Shown: positions 21,674-33,167, counted from the first letter of the stretch. The stretch: 64,000 nt of DNA from Fidelibacterota bacterium (GCA_024277615.1 JAJRUW010000010.1:3997-67996), one strand, 5' to 3'. Numbers and translations are program-made. Notes: generated by a model not told the origin, from the letters alone.

Positions 21674-22606
21674 TCACAGTTTTGTTTCGGAAACTGTCTT
21701 TTTTACTGCTTCGAGGGTTTTGTTGAGGGCTTCTTTCTCATCGTCAGTGAGGTCGATTTCAAGAATCCGTTCAATACCTCCGGCTCCTATGACGCAGGGG
21801 ACACCGATAAAATACCCGTCAATGCCATACTCCCCGTTGCAAAGGGCTGCAGATGGAATAACCCGCTTCTTATCCTTTAAATAGGCTTCAATCATTTCAG
21901 TAATCGAGGCTGCAGGACTGAAATAGGCACTGCCGTTTCCCAGCAGTTGTACGATTTCGGTACCGGCTTTCCGGGTGCGGTCAACGATAGCATCAATTTT
22001 TTCTGCGGAGAGCAGTTTGTGGATTGGTACACCGCCGACAGTGGCTAATCTGGGAATTGGAACCATTGTTGGTCCATGCCCGCCAAGAACCATGCAGGAA
22101 ACATCTTGCGTGGAAAGTCCGGTTTCCATGGCGATAAAAGCCCTGAAGCGCGCCGAATCCAAGGCTCCAGCCATACCCACAACTTTAGTTTTTTGAAATC
22201 CACTGACTTTATAAAAAGCATAGACGATTGCGTCCAGTGGATTTGAAACCACAATGACGAAGGCGTTCGGTGCATATTCTTTAACATTATTGGCAACATC
22301 GGTGATGATTTTCAGGTTGATCTCCAAAAGGTCATCCCGCGACATACCGGGCCGCCTGGGGACCCCGGCGGTGATAGCAACCACATCGGCTCCTTTGATA
22401 TCGGCATAATTGCAGGATCCTGATAAATTCACGTCATAGCAGTCGTGGGGGCGGGATTCCATTAGGTCAAGAGCTTTTCCCTTGATCATACCCTCTGCTT
22501 TGGGGATGTCGATAATTACAACATCGCCCAGTTCCTTTTGGGTACAAAGCAGGGCGAGTACACCGCCAATCTGGCCTCCACCGATAAGTGCAATTTTCTT
22601 TCTCAT
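21674..22606 (-). CDS. mdh: Malate dehydrogenase (LDH-like type)
   Basis: IGGGQIG, AGVPRRPGMSRDDLL, VSNPLD, LDSARF, GGHG. Confidence 0.96.
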   Translation of the reverse strand: MRKKIALIGGGQIGGVLALLCTQKELGDVVIIDIPKAEGMIKGKALDLMESRPHDCYDVNLSGSCNYADIKGADVVAITAGVPRRPGMSRDDLLEINLKIITDVANNVKEYAPNAFVIVVSNPLDAIVYAFYKVSGFQKTKVVGMAGALDSARFRAFIAMETGLSTQDVSCMVLGGHGPTMVPIPRLATVGGVPIHKLLSAEKIDAIVDRTRKAGTEIVQLLGNGSAYFSPAASITEMIEAYLKDKKRVIPSAALCNGEYGIDGYFIGVPCVIGAGGIERILEIDLTDDEKEALNKTLEAVKKTVSETKL

Positions 22607-22622
22607 TTCATACCTCTGATAT

Positions 22623-23948
22623 TTAGCTTATATTTTCTTTGACCCACTGTGTGCTCACTGATTTCGGTCTTGTAATGGGCGTTCCGAGAGCCCTGTTCAG
22701 CACCAACTGAGAAAGCATGCCCATAGACCTTGAGACTGAGAACAGAACAGTGTAATACTCAAATTCTCTCAAGCCGAAGTGATAGAGCAGAGCACCGGAA
22801 CCGGCGTCAACATTCGGCCAGAAATTAGCAATAGGTCCCTTTCCGGCGGCGACTCTTTCCTTTGAAAAGGCTTCCAGGACTTTGGGTACGACCTGAAAGA
22901 TCCTGTCAACAGTCATGAAAATGGGATCGTCGGGTAAATGCTTTTTACCAAATTCATTGAAACCCGTAAAGCGGGGGTCAGTGACCCGCAGCACGGCATG
23001 ACCATAGCCGGGAATAACTTTACCGGCCCGCAATGTCTGAAAAGCCATTTCTTCAATTTGTTCAAGTGTCGGTACGCCGTCGTAGTCTTCCATCAACTCG
23101 AGAATCCATTTCAGACAATTTTGGTTGGCAAGACCGTGCAATGGTCCAGCCAGTCCATTCAACCCCGCTGCAACTGCATAATAGGCATCGGAGAGGGCTG
23201 ATCCTACGGTGTGACACACATTTGCACTTACATTTCCTCCTTCGTGGTCACAGTGCATAGTCAGATAAAGTTGAATCAGTTTGGTGAAGGTTCCGTTCGG
23301 GTCGTCCATGCCGAGTTTCATAGCATAATTTGCACCCCAGTCCAGATCCCTGTCATAGGGTACAATATCATCAAGGCGCATGGATTTCCGCTTGAGTCCC
23401 TTCCGGTAACGTATTTTATAAACACAGCCTGCAAGGGTGGGCAGCATTCCTAAAATATTCAAAGCATCTTCGAGCATGGGCTTCCAATAATCCTCTTTCT
23501 TCAGCCCCTTTGAATATTGTTTTCTGAATTTAGATTTGGATTCCAACATAAGGATGGCCGTGTTCAGTAAAGTCATCGGGTGTGTCTTCCTGGGCAGAGC
23601 CCTGAGGGCATCCCATACATATGCGGGAACTTCACTTCTGTCAGCGAGATCATCCTGCAAAGCTTTGGTAGCTGTCTCATCGGGAATGTCCCCGGTAAGT
23701 AACAGGTAAAAGATCTGTTCAGGGAGCAGATGGCTGACTTCAAGCAGAGGATAACCGCGAATGATCAGCCCTTTATCAGGTTCGACAACCGAAGTATCGC
23801 AAATCATCCCTTTAATTCCACGCATCCCTCCGAAAGCTTGGGCAACTTTTACATCCGAGATGGTTTTACCGCCTACACTCCCAAGTATTTTTCTTTTTTC
23901 TTCACGCCAAACAGGTATTTTTTCCTGGAGCGTTTCCTGTAGTGTCAT
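22623..23948 (-). CDS. gltA: Citrate (Si)-synthase, eukaryote-like type
   Basis: GGMRGIKG, DHEGGNVSA, NGLAGPLHGLANQ, PGYGHAVLRVTDPR, WPNVDA.SG, YYTVLF.VSR, RPKS. Confidence 0.95.
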   Translation of the reverse strand: MTLQETLQEKIPVWREEKRKILGSVGGKTISDVKVAQAFGGMRGIKGMICDTSVVEPDKGLIIRGYPLLEVSHLLPEQIFYLLLTGDIPDETATKALQDDLADRSEVPAYVWDALRALPRKTHPMTLLNTAILMLESKSKFRKQYSKGLKKEDYWKPMLEDALNILGMLPTLAGCVYKIRYRKGLKRKSMRLDDIVPYDRDLDWGANYAMKLGMDDPNGTFTKLIQLYLTMHCDHEGGNVSANVCHTVGSALSDAYYAVAAGLNGLAGPLHGLANQNCLKWILELMEDYDGVPTLEQIEEMAFQTLRAGKVIPGYGHAVLRVTDPRFTGFNEFGKKHLPDDPIFMTVDRIFQVVPKVLEAFSKERVAAGKGPIANFWPNVDAGSGALLYHFGLREFEYYTVLFSVSRSMGMLSQLVLNRALGTPITRPKSVSTQWVKENIS

Positions 23949-24110
23949 AGCATCTCCTTATGTTTTATATAATCACTTCTTCAAGTTTTGCAGGTCAATA
24001 AATAAAGCCTTAGTAAAAAAGCTGAGCTTTTGTTTAAAAACCGATACAATATTTAAGGTAAAATATACCGCAATCTCTAATTATCATTAAAGTAGATTTA
24101 TTACGCTTAA

Positions 24111-24238
24111 TAATGCGGTTTCTGAACTCAAGGACCCGACAGCCGGATTTGTTCATTTACGGATCTGACCGTAAGGCGGTTCAGCTTCCACCGTCAGGCA
24201 TAAACTAACTTACACAAAAGGGATTATGTTTCAGCATT
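24111..24238 (-). ncRNA. Candidate structured RNA upstream of gltA (family unassigned)
   Basis: On the - strand: GCCUGACGGUGGA/UCCGGCUGUCGGGU stem with G-U pairs enclosing a UUACGG/CCGUAA hairpin; outer AAUGC/GCAUU and CUGAA/UUCAG pairing. Confidence 0.4.
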
Positions 24239-24389
24239 GTTAAAAAAAGGAAAATTATTTCCATCCTGTCAGTGACTGAAAAGTAGTAAAGATCAGTGCT
24301 GCATTAATTAATTCGTTATAAACAGACATACAGGTTGTTAATTCACCATTACTTATTTACAGTGTTGAAACAGAGCTCTATCCCGGCCT

Positions 24390-24416
24390 TAAACTATCGT
24401 GCCGGACGGTAGTTTA
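24390..24416 (-). terminator. Hairpin overlapping the maeB stop codon (terminator or stabiliser)
   Basis: TAAACTATCGT-gccgg-ACGGTAGTTTA near-perfect inverted repeat; weak U-tract. Confidence 0.5.
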
Positions 24417-26705
24417 TTTATTTGCATCTTTAAATTCCATCAGGATTTTTTGCGTTTCAAGATGCTGGGCATCCGCTACTGCAATAGCGGTCATGTTGAC
24501 AACATCTTCAACTGAACTGTCTGCAAACTGCAGCAGATGTACCGGTTTGGACAATCCCAGCAGAATCGGGCCAATAGCCGTGGCATTTGCAAGCTGTTTC
24601 AGGAGTTTATAGGAGATGTTCCCGGAAGTCAGATCGGGAAAGATCAGTACATTGGCTTCTTTTTTCAAATGTGAAAAGGGAAAGTGCTTCTGCAGTAATT
24701 CCGTTGAAACAGCCACGTCAGCATGCATCTCTCCGTCCACACAGAGGTCCGGTCTGGCCTGTCTGATCAGTTCTACGGCCTTTTTAGCCAGGGCAGCCTT
24801 TTCATGTTTAACACTGCCAAAATTGCTCGAGCTAACCAAAGCAATACGCGGGTCAATGCCGAATTGTTTGGCTTTTTCTGCCGTCAGTATCGCAATCTCT
24901 TTCAGGGTTTCGGCAGTGGGGTCGATATTAACCGTGACATCTGCAAAGACTTTAATTATATTTTTAAAAACCAAAATATACATGCCGGCGACGTGCTGAA
25001 TTCCGTCCTGTAATTTCAAAACCTGTAAAGCCGGGCGCAACGTATCGGGATAATTTTGTGTAATACCGGACACCATGCCATCTGCATCCCCCATATTAAC
25101 CATCATCGGTCCAAAATAATTCGGACGGGTCATGAGCGATTTAGCCCTTCGACGGGTCATGCCTTTACGGTTACGGAGATCATGCAGAACAGCAACATAT
25201 TTTTTCTGGGATTTACTGTTTTCGGGATCAATCATTTTGATGCCCTTCAGGTTGATCCGCAGACGGTCGGCTTCCGCTTTGATCTTTTCGATATTTCCCA
25301 ACAGAATGGGTTTGGCTATGCCTTCTTTCTGAATTTGATAGCTGGCGCGAATGATCTTATCACATTCTCCTTCGGGAAATACGATACGCTTTGGGTTGTT
25401 CTGGGCTTTGTTAATGATTAGCCTCAGCAATTCGCGGCTTTTACCGAGCCGGGCTTCTAACTGATCACGATATTTTTCAAGATCCAGCTTATGGGTTGCC
25501 ACACCCGTCTCCATGGCAGCCCTGGCCACAGCTACGGCCTCCCAGGTGAGCACACGGGGGTCGAAAGGTTTGGGTATGATGTAGTCGGGACCAAACTCCA
25601 GATTATCCAGGCCATAAGCCCTGGTAACTTCTTCGGGGACACTTTCTTTGGCCAGAGCAGCCAGCGCTCTGGAAGCAGCAATTTTCATTTCGTCATTAAT
25701 TTTGGTTGCGTGGACATCCAGGGCTCCCCGGAAAATGAAAGGGAAGCCCAGCACATTATTGATCTGATTGGGGAAGTCAGAGCGTCCGGTGGCCATAATG
25801 ACGTCAGGCCGCGCCGCTTTTGCATCGGGATAGGAAATTTCGGGGTCGGGATTGGCCATGGCAAAAACGATGGGGTTGTCGGCCATCGAGCGCACCATGG
25901 CTTTGGTGACTAAACCGCCTTTGGACATCCCGAGAAAGACATCGGCACCAACCATGGCTTCCTTTAGTGTCCGGAGTTCGGTTTTGGTGGCGAACTTTTC
26001 TTTATATTTATTCATACCGGCTTTACGTCCTTTATAAACCACCCCTTTACTGTCACATAAAATGATGTTTTCACGTCGGACACCAAAACGAAGGTAGTGG
26101 ATTGCACTGGCAATAGCCGCAGCTCCGGCACCGCTGATGACAATTTTCAGCTTCTCCATTTTTTTTCCGGTCAGTTCGACAGCATTAATGAGCCCTGCGG
26201 CTGAAATGATTGCCGTACCATGCTGGTCGTCATGAAAAACGGGGATATTCATTTCTTTTATCAGACGTTCTTCAATTTCAAAACATTCAGGTGCTTTAAT
26301 GTCTTCCAGGTTTATACCGCCGAAGGTAGGCTCAAGTAATTTGACGGCGTTGATAAGTTCTTCGGGATCGTGTGTATTCAACTCAATATCAAACACATCC
26401 ACATCGGAAAACCTCTTGAATAAAACTCCCTTGCCCTCCATAACCGGTTTGCCGGCCAGAGGACCGATATCACCCAGTCCCAAAACCGCAGTACCATTGG
26501 TCACAACCGCTACCAGATTCGCTTTTGCAGTATATAGAGAGGCCAGTTCAGGTTTTTTTTGAATTTCCAGACAGGGGATTGCCACACCCGGTGTATAAGC
26601 AAGTGCCAGGTCATGCTGGGTTTCACACCGTTTGGTAGTAGAAACCTCAATTTTTCCAGGTCGGCCTTCCGAATGATAATCAAGCGCCTGTTTTTTGGTG
26701 ATCAT
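24414..26705 (-). CDS. maeB: NADP-dependent malic enzyme with C-terminal PTA-like domain
   Basis: [40 protein letters not shown]; C-terminal RIVFPEG, DGEM.AD, NVLIFP. Confidence 0.96.
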   Translation of the reverse strand: MITKKQALDYHSEGRPGKIEVSTTKRCETQHDLALAYTPGVAIPCLEIQKKPELASLYTAKANLVAVVTNGTAVLGLGDIGPLAGKPVMEGKGVLFKRFSDVDVFDIELNTHDPEELINAVKLLEPTFGGINLEDIKAPECFEIEERLIKEMNIPVFHDDQHGTAIISAAGLINAVELTGKKMEKLKIVISGAGAAAIASAIHYLRFGVRRENIILCDSKGVVYKGRKAGMNKYKEKFATKTELRTLKEAMVGADVFLGMSKGGLVTKAMVRSMADNPIVFAMANPDPEISYPDAKAARPDVIMATGRSDFPNQINNVLGFPFIFRGALDVHATKINDEMKIAASRALAALAKESVPEEVTRAYGLDNLEFGPDYIIPKPFDPRVLTWEAVAVARAAMETGVATHKLDLEKYRDQLEARLGKSRELLRLIINKAQNNPKRIVFPEGECDKIIRASYQIQKEGIAKPILLGNIEKIKAEADRLRINLKGIKMIDPENSKSQKKYVAVLHDLRNRKGMTRRRAKSLMTRPNYFGPMMVNMGDADGMVSGITQNYPDTLRPALQVLKLQDGIQHVAGMYILVFKNIIKVFADVTVNIDPTAETLKEIAILTAEKAKQFGIDPRIALVSSSNFGSVKHEKAALAKKAVELIRQARPDLCVDGEMHADVAVSTELLQKHFPFSHLKKEANVLIFPDLTSGNISYKLLKQLANATAIGPILLGLSKPVHLLQFADSSVEDVVNMTAIAVADAQHLETQKILMEFKDANK

Positions 26706-27221
26706 TATTAACTCCTTAATGTTGTTAGGCTCAAAGAAAAACGGGGACAGCGAGATTAGAATTAGTCCTTATAAATACCATAAAATCACCAAATTCCTAT
26801 CGCTGTTCAACTGCATAATAAACGGATATTTGCCCGATACCCGCATTAAAATTAGGAGGGATACGGAATTAATACCAAACTGTTATACGGACAATTAAGT
26901 CTTATTTGAAGCGGTGAATTGCTTCTCGTCATCCACTCAATTTTGCGCCGGCCTTTGCTTTTGCCGCAGGGATATTTTTTCACCATAAATTTAAAGAATA
27001 TAGAACAGAAACATTTTTTTACGCCGATCAAGGCTCTGATCAGGATAAACCGGTAATAAAGATGGATTATCGAAACATTCGGAGGCTTGTCAGTTCCTTT
27101 GCAGGCCGTCTCAGCTTGCTGAAATTTCAAAACCAAGGCAGAATTTTTCCTGATTAGGTATAGTATCCGAGTGCTAAATTATCCCCGTGCAAATATCATC
27201 CATAATTAAATCTGACTTGCC

Positions 27222-28772
27222 ATGAATATTAAATCAGTGTTGGTTACGGCTGCCTTATTCGTTGCTCTCTTACCGGCAGTTTCCGGTCAGTACTACAGCG
27301 GTACAGGAAGGGCTGCTACACTGGAAGAAGCCAAGAAGCTGGCTACTGCCGATCTTGCCGGCAGCATTCAATCCTTTGTCACAACCAGTTTTCAGCAGAA
27401 AACAACGGAAGAAAATCTCAATATTTCAGAAGAATATGTAGAGTCCCAGATCCGGACTTTCTCATCGATCGTTTTAAAGAACATCCGCTATGATGTTGAT
27501 GAATTGAAAGAGGGACTGTTCCGCCGGAAAAAGGTTTACCTGGTGACCGCCAGCGTTTCTAAACTGGATGTGAACCGTATTTTTGAAGCACGAAAATCCA
27601 CCATCCGGACGATGCTGAAAGAGGCCGCTCGGGCCGAAAATTCCGGAAATATCTCCAAGGCGTTGAAAAATTATTTCAGAGCCTATATTCTCACCTATTC
27701 TTATCCGGACTCAATCCGGACCTCACTGCCTCCCCTTCGTGAATCCGGCAATGCTAGAGTTCTAATAACCGAAAAAATGAACGATATTTTTAAAGGTTTA
27801 TCGGCGAAGGTTATTAAAAGTTTTTCGGATGGGGACGATTTTATTGTATCCCTGGCCATCAGTCTGCAGGGGGCACCCGTATCGGAGCTGGAGTTTTCCT
27901 ATTATAACGGCTCGGAAGAAGACTGGTGTGACGTCACAGACGGAATAGCCAATTTGACCTTATCCGGAAATTTCGGTTCCACTCACAAGATTATCAGACC
28001 TTATGTGGAATATGAATTCAAAGATGAGATGGAACAGATTAAAGATGTCCAACAGGTTTATAACTTTTTAGATATTCCCATGTTCGACAACAGCTTTAAA
28101 TTCGACGTTGACGTTAGTCCGTTTGTGAGCTGTGATTTTGAAGCGGAAACAGACGGCCGACAGGTGTACTTTATTCCCAGGACGACGCACATATCCGTCA
28201 ATGACATGGCCTGGGATTTCGGCGACGGGGGTACATCGAGCATGACAAATCCTGTACATACATACGAGCGGGACGGAGATTATCGTGTGACGCTTACAAT
28301 CAATTCGGATGAGGGCTTACAGGTCATCAGGAATCTCACGATCGGAGAAGAAAAGGAGGCTACAACAATACCTGCTGTTGCGACGAGCCGGGGAGCGGAA
28401 AAGGGAAAACTGCAAAAAGAAAAGGGAAGAGTCTCCCGGACCGAAGGAAAAAACCGCTTTGCTATGCAGACACCGACAGAGCCGCCCTCGCTAACGACAT
28501 TGAAGCAGGCCGGGGATTTTGAAGAATTTATGGTTCTGGCAAAGGCCCTGAGCCAAAGAAACCGGATCATCTTTGGCAGTGCAAATGATTTCGAAAATCG
28601 GGAGAATTTACTCTGTTTTATTTTCGATAAGGAGACGGGGGAGAAGTTAGCAGCCTACCGCTTTCAAAATAGCAGTTACGAAAACCTCGGAAGCGGTGAG
28701 ACCCTCATCTCTCTGAAGTCACATTACGACGGGAAAAAAGTGGCTGCCGTCTGGGTGGAGGAAATTGAATAA
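27222..28772 (+). CDS. Exported LPP20-like domain protein with PKD domain
   Basis: Signal peptide; G.G.A..LEEAKK.A.ADLA.SI LPP20-like motif; WDFGDG...NP.HTY...GDY.VTL PKD motif. Confidence 0.8.
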   Translation: MNIKSVLVTAALFVALLPAVSGQYYSGTGRAATLEEAKKLATADLAGSIQSFVTTSFQQKTTEENLNISEEYVESQIRTFSSIVLKNIRYDVDELKEGLFRRKKVYLVTASVSKLDVNRIFEARKSTIRTMLKEAARAENSGNISKALKNYFRAYILTYSYPDSIRTSLPPLRESGNARVLITEKMNDIFKGLSAKVIKSFSDGDDFIVSLAISLQGAPVSELEFSYYNGSEEDWCDVTDGIANLTLSGNFGSTHKIIRPYVEYEFKDEMEQIKDVQQVYNFLDIPMFDNSFKFDVDVSPFVSCDFEAETDGRQVYFIPRTTHISVNDMAWDFGDGGTSSMTNPVHTYERDGDYRVTLTINSDEGLQVIRNLTIGEEKEATTIPAVATSRGAEKGKLQKEKGRVSRTEGKNRFAMQTPTEPPSLTTLKQAGDFEEFMVLAKALSQRNRIIFGSANDFENRENLLCFIFDKETGEKLAAYRFQNSSYENLGSGETLISLKSHYDGKKVAAVWVEEIE

Positions 28773-28948
28773 TTGCTCCCCGATCTTTCCGGATGACTGC
28801 AAACTGAAACACTGCCCCTCTATTGCTGTTGTTACCCGCTGACGAGCAGTCAGGGTTAATTCCCGGGAAGCTGACCCCTGCAGAATTTGGATTCAAAGCA
28901 ATCCCCCGGTATTAATGAAATTAAACTAATGATAAACAGGAAAGTGAA

Positions 28949-31318
28949 ATGATCAAACGGATTCTACGAAAAACTCTATTATTGACGCTCTTGCTGTCCC
29001 TGGCTGTAACTCAGGAAACCCTCAATGAATTTGAAGTGACTATCACACAGATGGATCAGGGAGTTACCTTTCCGAATATGTCCAAAGTTCTGGTCAAATC
29101 ATCTGTAAAAAACCTGACTTTTGACAGCAATCGGGGCATTTTAAAAGTTGAAATCACCGGTGAAGGAGAATGGAAACTCACGCTTGACCCGGGCAGTCAG
29201 CGGTTCGAGATCAAAGCAGAGGGGTTTCTTTCTTATTCTGAGCGCCACAATTTCAAAGCCGGGAAAGCCTACGAATGCAGGGTTTCAAAGAAAATTCATG
29301 AACTGGCCCAGCTGGATGCCAATTTATTCGAAGTCACCTTCAGATTCAATACGGACAATGTTTATTGTTCAAAAGACCAGTCCACTCCTGTGATGAGTAT
29401 CGGGGATTTGGCAATATTCAAATTGCCCGGGGGTGAATATACTTTTTCATTTACAAAAGATCAATTCAAACCGGCTGCCCGGTCTGTTAAGGTTGACCAG
29501 GATATGTCAATTGACATCGAACTTGTCAAAGATACATCACAGCGTTTACCCTATGTACCTCCGGGAACCGTGAATGTCGAAACTGAGCCTACCGGCGCCG
29601 AGATCACGATTAACGGAATTAAAGCGGGAATTTCCAATGCGACGATTACCAATCTCGCCGCCGGCGAACATCAGCTGGAACTGCGCAAAGACCTTTATTA
29701 TCCCTATGCCGGGAAGTTTGAATTGAAAGAGGGGGAGATAAAGACCCTGAGTAAGATCGTTTTAACACCCAGATTCGGATATTTAACGGTAAACAGCCAT
29801 CCTGAGGGAGCGCGGATTTATCTGGACGGGACTTATATCGGAGATTCTCCCATCCAGAAGAAACAGGTTTAAAGCGGAGAACACAGTCTCGGAGTAAAAA
29901 TGGAACTGTACCGTGATTATCGGGAGGACATTACTCTGAAAGACGGTGCAAGCATAGTCAGGGAGTTTCAGCTGGAATCTTCCGGAGGCACACTGAACAT
30001 CTCCGCCAGAGACGAATCAGGAAACGAGATCGAGGGTGCGGATGTCATCATCAACGGCGAATTTGCCGGCCTGACGCCATTTCTCAACAGGGCTTACCCG
30101 GCAGGTAAATATACGATAGCCGTACAGAAGGAATATTATGACACCAGCACCGAATCCGTGATTCTCGAGTCCAAAAAGAATATCAGCCGTACGGTGCTGT
30201 TAAAATCCAATATGTCTTTCCTGCACATCACAGCACCCGGAGGACGGATTTTTATAAACGGGCGGGACTATGGTGAAAATGAAATTGATCAGGTCTTTCA
30301 GCCCGGAACCTATAAAATTAAAGTGAGCGCCGATAATTATTATACGGAAGAAAAAAATCTCATTCTCACTGCCGGGCGCCGTGAGACCATTACATTTGAA
30401 CTAACTCCCATCGAAGGCTCCCTTTCCGTAACGGTCATACCGTACGAAAAACAGAGTTCTGCCAAAGTCTATATCGGCGGTGAATTCATTGGCAATGCAC
30501 CGCAGCGGGTCAATCGCATTGTAGGTGATTATGAGATTTTTGTTAAAATAGAGGGGTACGGTGCACTTAGCAGAACCGGTACCGTGCGCGAGCGTGAAAA
30601 TACGGAAGTCAAATTTGATTTTACGGCAGCAAACCGGGAAGCCTGGATAGCAGGATTGAATACACCGGGTGAAGGGCTCCCTGAAAAAAATAACCGGCAG
30701 CAGACCGGAAATAAAGAATCGGATACAAGTAAAAAATATAAAGGCCCCAAAACGAAATACTGGCATCCGGCAAAAAAATCAACTTCGGGAAGAAGTCGGC
30801 TGCACTTCATAGTGGGACTAAATTCAGGAGCCATCATCTACAACGATAACACTTTAACTGATATTATAAAAGTCTCGGGGATTGCCGGCGTTTATCTGGG
30901 AATTGAACACCGCATGGGACCCCTCATGACCGGCGCTGCAATTGTTCAAAGAGGTGCCTCGGTCAGCGTGGATATCCTTGGTTTTGAAGGCACTGACCGT
31001 TATAATTACCTAAGCGTTTACATGACACTTCCACTTAAAATCGGCAATCAAATGTATGTTTACGGAGGCGGCGCTTTTTCAAGAATGGTAAGCGGCACTA
31101 CCGAAGATTCATCCGGAACCTATAACCTGGATATGAAGGGATTTGACAACGATTTCGGGGTTATTCTCGGGATGGACTACATGATCAATGCCCGCATTGG
31201 TCTTAGAGGAGAAGTTTATCTCGGTCTGGTGGATGTGATGTTGAATACGCCTTCGAACCTTAATTACAAAAACCGGGGAGTTACTATATCATTGCTGGCA
31301 GGACTGCCCCGAAGGTAG
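28949..31318 (+). CDS. Exported PEGA-repeat protein with C-terminal outer-membrane beta-barrel; one in-frame TAA at 29870-29872
   Basis: Repeats such as V.TEP.GA.I.ING, VNSHPEGARIYLDG.YIG.SP and GADVIING...G.TP; C-terminal porin-like strands (YNYLSV...PL, DFGVILG.DY, YKNRG.TISL). Both ORF pieces share a frame. Confidence 0.8.
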
Positions 31319-31458
31319 TACAGATAACAGCCATTTCTACTGCCCGGCAGGGGCGCAGAGGAGACTGAAGAATTAAATAGTATTTCAATTATTTCGAAAT
31401 GTTCATGAAAATCACATAAATTTGCACTACAGTACCCTGAAATATTCTCGATACAGAA

Positions 31459-32445
31459 ATGAAATTAAAATACAAATTGCATCTCATATTTTCGCTGTTT
31501 CTGTTGACCTTCCTGTCTGGGCAGATCAAGCCGACGGTGGTTGTCAACAGCGGGGCGGCTCCCGAATTCTGCGATAAAGTCTCGGCTGTCCTCTCGGAAG
31601 TTCTCCTGGCTTCAAACCGCTTTCGTAAGGGGAAGGGTGAACTGTCTTCGGCCAAACAGTATTTTACCACGGAGGGATTTGCCGTCTTTTCAGACCTGGT
31701 GCAAGACACTAATCCCTATACCGCCAAAAAAAAATATAAAGTAACCATCACCCGGCTTGTCGGTCGTGATATTTATGAAGTCCGGGGTCTCAAAGTCAAG
31801 GTTGAAACCGGGGAGAACGATGTGAGTCCCATCCAATACCTTGTTTTTGCACTTGACGAAAAGGCTCAAATTGTTGATGTGCGTTATTCCCTGCCGAAAA
31901 ACAATTATCTCGATATTATCGATGCGGGTGAGGATGTGGCCGATCTGGAAAGACGCCAGAAAATTCTTGAATTTCTCGAGACTTTCGGCACGGCCTATAG
32001 TCGTAAAGACGCTGATTATCTCGAAAACATTTTCAGTGACGATGCGCTGATCATCACAGGCTATGTTACATACCGTAAACCCGAATTCAACGACCTCATG
32101 AGTCAGGAGAAAAATGCCGAGACCGAGAAAGTAGTCGAATATCGACAGCACACTAAGGAGCAATACATTAATAAATTGCGTAATTATGTTTTCCCTTCAA
32201 ATTCTTACATCGATATTGACTTTTCCGAAATTACACTTGCCCATCACCGCACCATGGCGAATGTTTATGGGATTAAGCTGAAACAGCATTGGAAAACCGC
32301 CCGTTACGAAGACACCGGCTATCTGTTTCTCACGGTCTATTTTCTTGAGAATAATGATCCGCTGGTTTTGGTTCGGGTTTGGCAGGACCAGGATTTTATA
32401 GGGGATTACGATGTGTCCATCTATGATTTCGATATTATCGAATGA
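31459..32445 (+). CDS. Exported protein with C-terminal NTF2-like domain
   Basis: Signal peptide; FLETF.TAY.RKD..YLE.IFSDDALIITG, KEQYI..L, YGI.L.Q.W....Y.D.GYLFL, VRVWQ. Confidence 0.75.
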   Translation: MKLKYKLHLIFSLFLLTFLSGQIKPTVVVNSGAAPEFCDKVSAVLSEVLLASNRFRKGKGELSSAKQYFTTEGFAVFSDLVQDTNPYTAKKKYKVTITRLVGRDIYEVRGLKVKVETGENDVSPIQYLVFALDEKAQIVDVRYSLPKNNYLDIIDAGEDVADLERRQKILEFLETFGTAYSRKDADYLENIFSDDALIITGYVTYRKPEFNDLMSQEKNAETEKVVEYRQHTKEQYINKLRNYVFPSNSYIDIDFSEITLAHHRTMANVYGIKLKQHWKTARYEDTGYLFLTVYFLENNDPLVLVRVWQDQDFIGDYDVSIYDFDIIE

Positions 32446-32515
32446 CGGTGTACACCGGCTCTGATTCCGATTCAGGATAATTCATAATGACTAACTGTAG
32501 AAAAAGGAGAAACAA

Positions 32516-33094
32516 ATGAAAAAGATCATAATATTGATGTCTGTTGCCGCAATTGGACTGTTTATGCTCATTGGCTGCGGCGGTCATGCCCCGGCTGTTG
32601 CCGATGACCTCACCGAGATTGCAGATCCATTTCAGGAATTACAGGATATGGCCAACGGTTTCATCAAAGACGGTAACATTGCGGTAGTAGGCGTAGGGAC
32701 ATCAACCCGGCAGGATATTGCCAGAGATAAAGCCAGAGCCTCAGCGCAGGCAAAACTCGCCGAAAGTTTTGAAACCAAAGTGGAAGTCCTTAAAAAGAAA
32801 TTCACCGAAGAACTGGGTTCGGATATGACCAATGAACTCAATGAAACCTTCACAAATGTGATCAAAACCACCAGTAAAACAGTGCTTTACGGTGCGATTG
32901 AAAATAAGGCCAAATATTTTAAGGATAACAAAACCGGTATGATCAGCGCCGGCGTCGTTTTGTATGTGAGTCCCGATGTGATGAACCAATCACTATTGGA
33001 TCAGATGAAAAATAAGCCCAAACTCTACGAGCGATTCCGTGCTTCCGAAGCCTATAAAGAACTGGAAAAAGAGATGGAAAACTACGATAAGTAA
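32516..33094 (+). CDS. LPP20-like lipoprotein
   Basis: AAAGGAG SD; lipobox LIG-C; VGVGTS...IARDKA...A..KLA motif. Confidence 0.8.
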   Translation: MKKIIILMSVAAIGLFMLIGCGGHAPAVADDLTEIADPFQELQDMANGFIKDGNIAVVGVGTSTRQDIARDKARASAQAKLAESFETKVEVLKKKFTEELGSDMTNELNETFTNVIKTTSKTVLYGAIENKAKYFKDNKTGMISAGVVLYVSPDVMNQSLLDQMKNKPKLYERFRASEAYKELEKEMENYDK

Positions 33095-33117
33095 TCCGTT
33101 TACCTGACTTGAATCCC

Positions 33118-33150
33118 GGAAAGCCGACCATGGTCTTTGGCCGGCTTTCC
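33118..33150 (+). other. Intergenic stem-loop without U-tract
   Basis: GGAAAGCCGACCA-tggtctt-TGGCCGGCTTTCC. Confidence 0.65.
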
Positions 33151-33167
33151 AATCCACTTCACTATCC

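Noticed and set aside
26852-27136. 94-aa minus-strand ORF in the maeB/cluster divergent spacer
   Set aside because: No SD or motif and atypical composition; more likely promoter DNA
28839-28885. Second hammerhead-like CTGACGA followed by a stem
   Set aside because: No GAAA directly after the stem; treated as a plain hairpin
3003-31318. Genome-wide stop-codon reassignment or pyrrolysine explaining the internal stops
   Set aside because: The two stops differ (TAG and TAA), and both codons end conserved genes at their normal C-termini (TAG: pgk, efp, accC; TAA: many). No pyl genes or suppressor tRNA are seen.
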